Shown here piece after piece: positions 46,120 through 52,560 of a stretch of DNA of 64,000 nucleotides. The notes beneath the pieces are model-generated. The model did no database searches. It was not told the DNA's origin and saw only the letters and a list, made by a program, of their open reading frames with translations. Position 1 is the stretch's first letter. The number at the start of each line of letters is the position of its first letter. Source of the DNA: Geopsychrobacteraceae bacterium (GTDB lineage: Bacteria > Desulfobacterota > Desulfuromonadia > Desulfuromonadales > Geopsychrobacteraceae). The stretch spans positions 47,860 to 111,859 of the forward strand of contig CAXXGL010000013.1 in assembly GCA_963676555.2 (NCBI GenBank), written 5' to 3'. The translations under genes and the position numbers were made by a program.

Positions 46120-46452
46120 TTGAAATATTCTGTATTGTTATTTGTTGCCGTCTTATTTCTTTCTGGATGTGCAAAACCGATTGTCATGCCAAGAGAGGGA
46201 AATGTGTACTCTTCAACCTTCACCGACAAAGACGCACAAACCGCAGTCAAAAAGGCGCTGAAGGGCGCTGAAGAAACCTGCAAAGAACAGGACAAAAGAC
46301 ACATAGTCATTGAAAGCGAACTGAACGGCGTACAGATCGAGCATGATTCCTTTACTAAGGTTGTCGCAGACACCACGCTCAACACTATGGCAGCTATCGG
46401 TCTTGATTTCCGTTCCGACAAAACAGCGAATATTCTTTTCAGGTGCGAATAG
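46120..46452 (+). CDS. lipoprotein (only plus-strand gene in the element)
   Basis: TTG 46120 is preceded by GGAGGGAAAA. Signal peptide with lipobox: MKYSVLLFVAVLFLSG-C. The mature part is about 90 aa. Confidence 0.6.
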   Translation: MKYSVLLFVAVLFLSGCAKPIVMPREGNVYSSTFTDKDAQTAVKKALKGAEETCKEQDKRHIVIESELNGVQIEHDSFTKVVADTTLNTMAAIGLDFRSDKTANILFRCE

Positions 46453-46458
46453 ATCACA

Positions 46459-47643
46459 TCATCCCCCGATCAATGCCAAATCCGGCATTTTCCACCGTTC
46501 AAAGACTCCCGGCGCCAATAGTTCCGGGAGTTCTTTTTTGCTGCAAAAGATCACCCCGGCGCTTTGATATTCAGACATTTTTGACAGGTAAAAAGAGTTT
46601 TTCCCCCAGGTCCGCAAACGGTAAATGAACGCTTGCCATACGTCCCGCCGATCAGTGAAGATCGTCTTGCCCTGGACAAGTTCAAGCGGATTTTTAAGTC
46701 TTTGCTTCTGATTATCCTGACCGGCGATAATTCCCCAAATCCGCCCCGCTTTGATGCCTTCAACCTCGAAAGTTTTCCCCAGGTACTTTCCGAGATATGA
46801 AAAAAGCTTTCCCGTGGCCCCGCCGTATGCCACCAGCGCATTTGTTCCGGCTTTCAGGTGCTTGTCATCACCGGAGCCAACCACGTTAAACCAGGAGCCG
46901 GAAAGCCAGCGGCGGAAGCTGTTAACCCGCTGAACCCCCTTGAACAGAATCAGACAATGAAAATGCGGAATCCAGGCACCCTTAAACCGGCCTGATTTCC
47001 GCTGGACTATTTCCATTTTCCACAGCAGACCGGAAAAGTTTTTCAACCTGCGGAGCCGCTTTCCGAATGTATCCAGGTCGCGCTTGATCAGTTTCCAGGA
47101 AAATTCATATTTTTCCCGCTTCCACCAGGCCGGAAACCAGCGCATTCCCGGCTGTGTGAAGTTGATTGTTTTCTGAGGATCGACCGCCGGGGCATCATCC
47201 GAATAAGTCAGAGTGCAGAACATCGACCGCGCCGCGGGCGATCGCTTGCCGCTGGCGCTGTACTTGTCAAAGTCAAAGCTCATCAGAACATCCATTAAGC
47301 GCTTTCGGCTATTTTTGGAAAAACCGACCACCTCCGACCGCCCCCCGCCGCCGGTCGCTTTGCCGGTTCCCTTCGGCTGTTCTTTTTTAAATGCTATTCC
47401 ACCGGGCAGAACTTCAATACAGGATCGCAAAGGGCGATTTTCTACCCTTTGCGACCATTCCAAGGATTCAATTTCAGGACAGGCCACAATCCCCCCGCCG
47501 CTGCGGTGAAATATGTGACCACCAACAAGCCCCGCCGCGCGGCGGCGTCTAAAATCACGCCAACGGGCGGAACGGCGAATTTTCAGCCAGTCCCGCCGCG
47601 CCCATTCTTCGACCGTTTCCCCTGGCCGGATCGCCGCTGTCAT
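46459..47643 (-). CDS. HUH rolling-circle replication initiator (Rep)
   Basis: 394 aa. Motif I FCTLTY; motif II PHFHCLI (HUH); motif III FSYLGKYLGK (Y..KY). The N-terminus is basic. Confidence 0.8.
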   Translation of the reverse strand: MTAAIRPGETVEEWARRDWLKIRRSARWRDFRRRRAAGLVGGHIFHRSGGGIVACPEIESLEWSQRVENRPLRSCIEVLPGGIAFKKEQPKGTGKATGGGGRSEVVGFSKNSRKRLMDVLMSFDFDKYSASGKRSPAARSMFCTLTYSDDAPAVDPQKTINFTQPGMRWFPAWWKREKYEFSWKLIKRDLDTFGKRLRRLKNFSGLLWKMEIVQRKSGRFKGAWIPHFHCLILFKGVQRVNSFRRWLSGSWFNVVGSGDDKHLKAGTNALVAYGGATGKLFSYLGKYLGKTFEVEGIKAGRIWGIIAGQDNQKQRLKNPLELVQGKTIFTDRRDVWQAFIYRLRTWGKNSFYLSKMSEYQSAGVIFCSKKELPELLAPGVFERWKMPDLALIGG

Positions 47644-47754
47644 GACGCAACCGGCTTAAATTCGATACCCTTCAAACCTTCAAGCCGCCTCATTTTTTTC
47701 TCTCACCCTCTGAGACAATCCCAAGGCATTTCCCATCAACAATCACCCGATATT

Positions 47755-47985
47755 TCATGACCGCCCCCCCAACCCCGGAACATAAACACAATGAACAAGT
47801 TCCAGCTCAGAATCACCCTCATTAATCCTCTTGACTATGAATGAAGAAGATGTACACGAACACTTAACTATTGGGGAAAATCCACCCTTAATAAAAACAG
47901 AGTGAGTAGACATTCTCTGACCACATCTAGGGCATAGAATAATTTCACCGCGATAGCGACAAACCAAGTCTATGAACATAACCAT
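47755..47985 (-). CDS. zinc-ribbon protein (76 aa)
   Basis: CPRCG ... C.C cysteine pairs. Its stop overlaps the next micro-ORF start (ATGA). Confidence 0.5.
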   Translation of the reverse strand: MVMFIDLVCRYRGEIILCPRCGQRMSTHSVFIKGGFSPIVKCSCTSSSFIVKRINEGDSELELVHCVYVPGLGGRS

Positions 47986-47994
47986 GGTTGCCCC

Positions 47995-48255
47995 CTACTG
48001 TATTTCTACTGTCTCAAATCGTTGCAGCCGCCCGTAAACTTCAGCAACCGCGCATTGAAGCCGTCCCCTTGTTCTCATTCTTTTTAGTGGCAATTGGTGG
48101 GTTTTTCTGTTCTGTTCTTCGTTGAATTTTGAAAGGAATGAATCAGATAGTTTAATTATCTGATCTAGTGACATGCGCCGCACGAGATCAACGGCGTGTT
48201 GATAAGACCTATCTTGATTGAACGCTGATAAAAATGCTTTCCTTCTTTCGTTCAT
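47995..48255 (-). CDS. hypothetical basic protein (86 aa), first gene of the element's minus-strand array
   Basis: ORF-track ORF with no TM and no recognisable family. Confidence 0.45.
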   Translation of the reverse strand: MNERRKAFLSAFNQDRSYQHAVDLVRRMSLDQIIKLSDSFLSKFNEEQNRKTHQLPLKRMRTRGRLQCAVAEVYGRLQRFETVEIQ

Positions 48256-48340
48256 GGTGGCTCACTTTCTGGCAAACGCCGGAAAGTATAACCGCCCAAT
48301 CTGACTTATGTCTGAATATTTAAATGTTTAATCATTACGC

Positions 48341-48370
48341 AAAAAAAAGCGGCTCTAATTATAGAGCCGC
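48341..48370 (-). terminator. strong rho-independent terminator just inside the right junction
   Basis: Minus strand reads GCGGCTCT-ATAATT-AGAGCCGC followed by TTTTTTTT. It lies between the dif-like site and the first phage gene, downstream of host qor. Confidence 0.7.
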
Positions 48371-48398
48371 AGATAAACTAGTGTAATGACTAACTTTT

Positions 48399-48426
48399 TC
48401 ACCGTGCAATATATATTATGTCAACT
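48399..48426. other. dif-like site with degenerate XerC arm (right junction)
   Basis: TCACCGTGCAA-TATATA-TTATGTCAACT. The spacer and XerD arm are identical to the left copy, but the XerC arm is poorly conserved. Confidence 0.55.
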
Positions 48427-48460
48427 AAAATATCTGGCTGGATAATATTTCAAGGTGTCA

Positions 48461-49423
48461 CTATGGAATCAACACTATTTTTCCATTGACCCCTGCCTGC
48501 ATGACCAATTCATGTGCTTCAGCCGCCTTGGCCAGCGGCAGCTGGGAATGAATCACCGGATGGTAGCGTCCGCGACTCAACCCGGCATAGATGGCGGCAT
48601 GAATTTGCGTCAGTTGCGCCTGTGTTGTGTTGAATAAAGACATCCCCATGATGGTTGAGTTTTTCCCCATGCTTTCGCGCGGATCGATTTCAATGCTGCC
48701 GCGACTGCCGATCACGACGACTCTGCCGAATCGACTCAACAGTTTAAGGTCATTGCCTAAATTGACATTGGCCAGCATTTCGAGAATCAGATCAACGCCG
48801 TCTCCGAAGGTCAATTCATCCACCGCAGCCAGATAGTTTTCTTCATTATGATTCAATGCGGCGAACGCCCCTTGCTTTTTTATCAGCTCAATTCCTTGTT
48901 CGGTTCCGGCTGTCCCGATAACCTGCATGCCTTTCGATCCGGCGATCTGAACCGCAGCCAGGCCGACACCGCCGCTGGCGCCATGAATCAGCACGGTTTC
49001 GCCCGGCATGGCGTGAGCACGATAATTGAGAGCGTAAAAAGCCGTGCTGTACGGCACTCCCAGTGCCGCACCGGCAGTAAAATCAATATTGTCCGGCAAC
49101 CGATAAACCTGATCTTCGGTGCAGACGATTGCTTCTGCGTAACACCCCGATAAGCTTTTGAAATTATAGACCCTGTCTCCTGTTTTGAACTTTCGTACCG
49201 CACTCCCTGCTGCGGTTACGATTCCGGCGGCATCGAATCCCGGAATATAGGGCAAATCCGGCTGTGCCGGATAAACACCGGATCGGATATAGGTGTCAAC
49301 GGGATTGACACCGATCGCTTCAACCTGGATTTTTACCTGTTTTTCCTCGGGTTCCCGACTCCCGACTTTGCGTAACTGCAACACTTCCGGGCCGCCGAAT
49401 GTCTCAACTTGTATTGCTTTCAT
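48461..49423 (-). CDS. qor: NADPH:quinone oxidoreductase (zeta-crystallin-like MDR)
   Basis: 320 aa. N-terminus MKAIQVETFGGPEVLQL; nucleotide-binding GASGGVG. Confidence 0.88.
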   Translation of the reverse strand: MKAIQVETFGGPEVLQLRKVGSREPEEKQVKIQVEAIGVNPVDTYIRSGVYPAQPDLPYIPGFDAAGIVTAAGSAVRKFKTGDRVYNFKSLSGCYAEAIVCTEDQVYRLPDNIDFTAGAALGVPYSTAFYALNYRAHAMPGETVLIHGASGGVGLAAVQIAGSKGMQVIGTAGTEQGIELIKKQGAFAALNHNEENYLAAVDELTFGDGVDLILEMLANVNLGNDLKLLSRFGRVVVIGSRGSIEIDPRESMGKNSTIMGMSLFNTTQAQLTQIHAAIYAGLSRGRYHPVIHSQLPLAKAAEAHELVMQAGVNGKIVLIP

Positions 49424-49486
49424 GTCTCAGACTCCTGTCTGCAAAGCGGAATAAGATATTGTGACCCTGTATATTTTTTAAGTATA

Positions 49487-51649
49487 TCAGCCGATGCCCG
49501 CCAATTCCAAACGTCCTCCCCAGCGTCGCTGCAGTTCGAGTTTAACGCTTGCGGCCGCGGGAGTTTTTAATTGATTGGTGGCCTTGACGAATTCAAAAGC
49601 TTCCCTCCGTGCCGTTTCGAGGAGAGAAAGATCTTTCACCAGATTGGCGATGCGCAAATCGGGCAGCCCGGCTTGCCGGGTCCCAAGGAAATCACCTGGC
49701 CCGCGAATTTCAAGGTCCGCTTCCGCAATGCGAAAACCGTCTTCGGTTTCGGTCATGACTTTGAGCCGCTTTCTCGCATCGTCACTGATGTTTTCGGACG
49801 GCACGAGAATACAATAGCTTTTGTCCGTCCCCCGTCCGACTCTGCCGCGTAACTGGTGAAGTTGGGACAATCCGAACCGATCTGCGTGTTCGATGGCCAT
49901 CAGGGTGGCATTGGGCACATCGACACCGACTTCGATCACCGTGGTTGCAACCAGAAGCTGGATCTCACCGGCACGGAACCGTTGCATGATCTGTTCTTTT
50001 TCCTCCGCCTTGAGGCGACCATGCAGCAAAGCGACAGTGAACTCGGGGAAAATCTCGGCGGCATAAATCCCGGCGGCTTCAGTGGCTGCTTTTAAGTCGA
50101 TTTTTTCCGATTCTTCCACGAGAGGATAAACTATATAGGCCTGCCGGCCGGCATTGATCTCTCGTCTGATCAGTGCATACAGTTGCTGATTTTGCCCGGA
50201 ACGATAGCAGTAAGTTTTGACCGGGTGCCTTCCCGGCGGCAACTGGTCGATGACCGAAACCGACAGATCGCCATACAGAGTCATGGACAGAGTCCGCGGG
50301 ATAGGTGTTGCGGTCATCACCAGGATATCGGGATTCACGCCTTTGTGCTTGAGCAGTGCCCGTTGCTGCACACCGAAGCGATGCTGTTCGTCAATGATTC
50401 CCAGACCCAGCCGATGGAACTCCACACCTTCCTGCAAAACGGCATGGGTTCCGACGATCAGGTCGATGTCACCCCGGCTGATTGCCAGATAGGTTTCCCG
50501 CTTGTGCTTTGCCGACATGCCGCCGGTCAGCAAAGCGGCGTTAAGATCCAGCTTCGACAACCATTTTTCGAATGTGCGAAAGTGCTGTTCGGCCAGGATT
50601 TCCGTCGGCGCGACAACCGCAACCTGGTAACGGTTCTCGATCGCAATCAGCCCCGCCATCAATGCCACCAGGGTTTTCCCACTGCCGACATCACCTTGCA
50701 GCAGGCGATGCATCGGGTGCGGAGCCAGCATGTCGCGCTTGATTTCGCCCAGGACCCGCTTTTGCGCCTCGGTCAACCTGAAGGGAAGCATTTTGTTCAA
50801 CGGAATCGTATATTTATGCTTAAAGCAAAAGGCTGTCCCCTGCTCCAGCCGCACCCCTGCCCTTTTCAACGCCAGGCCCAGTTCGAGATAGAAAAACTCA
50901 TCGAAAACCAGAGTGTCTCGCGCCCGGTTGCGACCGTTGAGCAATGCCTTCATATCGGTTTCGTCTTCCGGCCAATGGACCTGTCTGAAAGCCGCGCTTC
51001 TTTCCAGCAGATGATATTTTTCTTGGACCTGTTCCGGCAGGGTTTCCTGAATCTTCTCGCCGTAAGTGCCGACCAGGGCGAACCAGATCTTGCGCATTTG
51101 TTTTTGTGAAAGGCCTTCGGTCAACGGATAGACCGGAAGAATGCGGCCGAAATTGAGCGGGTCGGAATCGCGCAGTTGCCGCTCATCCGCGTCTGCACCG
51201 ATTAGTTCGGATTCGGGGTGATGAATTTCCCGGCCGGTGGAGAATTGTTTGACTTCACCGATGAAAATGGCTTTCTGCCCGATGGGAAAGCGTTTTTTCA
51301 GCCAGTTTTTATAATAACGAAACCATTTCAGCGAAATTTTACCGGTATCGTCACCGACAATAATCTCATAAATTCGCTTCCGCTTTATACTGGTGACGCT
51401 TTCTCCGGTTGCCAGGACCGTGGCGATGAAAATTTGTTGCCGGCCGGGAACCAGTTGGCTGACGGTTTTGAACCGGCGCCGGTCTTCATACCTGGCGGGC
51501 AAGTGAAACAGGGCGTCTTCAAGGGTAATGAGGCCCAGTTTCCTGAGTTTGGTCAGAACTTTCGGGCCGACTCCGGGAAGCAGCTGGAGTGAAGCATTGA
51601 GAGGAGTGGAACGCTGTGCATCCTGACTGCCGCCCATTCTTCCGCTCAA
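49487..51649 (-). CDS. recG: ATP-dependent DNA helicase RecG
   Basis: Wedge domain plus SF2 helicase motifs (GDVGSGKT, DEQHRFG, TATPIPRT). 51649 is a TTG; ATG 51637 is an alternative start. Confidence 0.93.
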   Translation of the reverse strand: MSGRMGGSQDAQRSTPLNASLQLLPGVGPKVLTKLRKLGLITLEDALFHLPARYEDRRRFKTVSQLVPGRQQIFIATVLATGESVTSIKRKRIYEIIVGDDTGKISLKWFRYYKNWLKKRFPIGQKAIFIGEVKQFSTGREIHHPESELIGADADERQLRDSDPLNFGRILPVYPLTEGLSQKQMRKIWFALVGTYGEKIQETLPEQVQEKYHLLERSAAFRQVHWPEDETDMKALLNGRNRARDTLVFDEFFYLELGLALKRAGVRLEQGTAFCFKHKYTIPLNKMLPFRLTEAQKRVLGEIKRDMLAPHPMHRLLQGDVGSGKTLVALMAGLIAIENRYQVAVVAPTEILAEQHFRTFEKWLSKLDLNAALLTGGMSAKHKRETYLAISRGDIDLIVGTHAVLQEGVEFHRLGLGIIDEQHRFGVQQRALLKHKGVNPDILVMTATPIPRTLSMTLYGDLSVSVIDQLPPGRHPVKTYCYRSGQNQQLYALIRREINAGRQAYIVYPLVEESEKIDLKAATEAAGIYAAEIFPEFTVALLHGRLKAEEKEQIMQRFRAGEIQLLVATTVIEVGVDVPNATLMAIEHADRFGLSQLHQLRGRVGRGTDKSYCILVPSENISDDARKRLKVMTETEDGFRIAEADLEIRGPGDFLGTRQAGLPDLRIANLVKDLSLLETARREAFEFVKATNQLKTPAAASVKLELQRRWGGRLELAGIG

Positions 51650-51849
51650 TCGGCGAACATGGAGTTCAGTGCAGTCAGAATTTCATCGACATCCAGGCCA
51701 TGAGCCCGGGCGCCCTGGGCAATCGATTCCGTTGTCGCGCCAAGACAGCCGACACACCCGAGATGGAACTGCTCCAGGACTTTGGCGCTTTCCGGATAGA
51801 GTTGCAGAATTTCATAAAAGGTCATGTCTTTGGTTATTTTTTTCCCCAT
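51646..51849 (-). CDS. DUF1858-type small redox protein
   Basis: 67 aa from ATG 51849 (RBS GGGAGG). Pattern MTF.EIL..YPE....L...HL.C.GC fits DUF1858 / hybrid-cluster-associated disulfide proteins. Confidence 0.6.
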   Translation of the reverse strand: MGKKITKDMTFYEILQLYPESAKVLEQFHLGCVGCLGATTESIAQGARAHGLDVDEILTALNSMFAD

Positions 51850-51961
51850 GATATCCTCCCGCAACCTGAAAAGGCAATGGTTCCCGATCTCTTGTCCGTA
51901 ACCAACATCTTGCGTCGGTCAATACCATGGGATTGTCCCAGAAGAATGGGATAAAAGCAAG

Positions 51962-51991
51962 AAAAACAGGGCGTTGTCTACAACAACGCCC
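51962..51991 (-). terminator. rho-independent terminator after greA
   Basis: Minus strand reads GGGCGTTGT-TGTAG-ACAACGCCC followed by TGTTTTTC. Confidence 0.65.
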
Positions 51992-52012
51992 GGTCGTAAA
52001 GGCGGGAGGGAT

Positions 52013-52489
52013 TCAACTGTATTCGATATTGGTGATTTCGTAGACTTTAACCCCGGAAGGGACATTGATTGTGACTTCTTCATCAACGCAATGACCGATC
52101 AGCGATCTGCCGACGGGGGACGAGATGGAAATTTTACCGATTTTGATATCGGCTTCATCTTCGCCGACAATCTGATAGGTCACTTCCTTTTCAGTATCGA
52201 CGTCGAAAAGCGTCACTTTCGCCCCGAAAACGATCTTGTCGCTTTTGATGGTCGTCGGGTCGATAACCTGGGCCGTGGCTATTTTGTGGTTCAACTCTTT
52301 AATCCGTCCCTCGATAAAGCCCTGACGGTCTTTAGCCGCATCGTATTCGGCATTTTCGGAGAGATCACCGTGACTGCGGGCCTCAGCAATGTCCTGTACG
52401 ACCTTCGGCCGTTCAACCCGGGTCAGGTGTTTTAACTCTTCCTGCAGGCGCTGATACCCTTGGGCGGTCATGGGAACTGATTCGTTCAT
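52013..52489 (-). CDS. greA: transcription elongation factor GreA
   Basis: 158 aa with the conserved GDLSENAEYDAAK motif and an FKBP-like C-terminal domain. Confidence 0.93.
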   Translation of the reverse strand: MNESVPMTAQGYQRLQEELKHLTRVERPKVVQDIAEARSHGDLSENAEYDAAKDRQGFIEGRIKELNHKIATAQVIDPTTIKSDKIVFGAKVTLFDVDTEKEVTYQIVGEDEADIKIGKISISSPVGRSLIGHCVDEEVTINVPSGVKVYEITNIEYS

Positions 52490-52503
52490 TGCCTAAACTC
52501 CTT

Positions 52504-52534
52504 AAAAAAACAGCGGGCGGGAAAAACCCGCCCA
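52504..52534 (-). terminator. rho-independent terminator after carB
   Basis: Minus strand reads GGGCGGG-TTTTT-CCCGCCC followed by GCTGTTTTTTT. Confidence 0.7.
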
Positions 52535-52560
52535 CTGAGTCGATATTTTTTTCAAGCTGT

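Larger units (their letters stand above)
38003..48433. mobile_element. integrase-less prophage-like element bounded by dif-like sites (IMEX); corticovirus (PM2)-like gene set
   Basis: 26-bp perfect direct repeats at both ends. The interior is AT-richer and holds about 20 compact, overlapping minus-strand genes: HUH Rep, P-loop ATPase, capsid candidate, small membrane proteins, SLT and a beta-helix protein. There is no integrase, terminase large subunit, portal or tail genes. Confidence 0.7.

Noticed and set aside
45951-46457. 168-aa minus-strand ORF in the element.
   Set aside because: It is antisense to the lipoprotein gene, which has a strong RBS and a lipobox. The minus ORF is Ser/Cys/Leu-rich and has no RBS.
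38003-48433. Alternative reading of the element as a filamentous (inovirus-type) prophage. Inoviruses are the classic dif-integrating IMEX and also have an HUH Rep, a Zot-like P-loop ATPase and small TM coat proteins. The 60-aa protein ending in a hydrophobic helix plus RRR even resembles a pVIII-type coat.
   Set aside because: Not excluded, but judged less likely. The ATPase is only 174 aa with no TM or C-terminal domain, unlike pI/Zot. The element encodes a 268-aa soluble beta-rich protein and a 190-aa beta-rich protein, which inoviruses have no use for. It also has an SLT lytic enzyme and no obvious ssDNA-binding protein gene after Rep. Fold prediction of 42448-43254 would decide.
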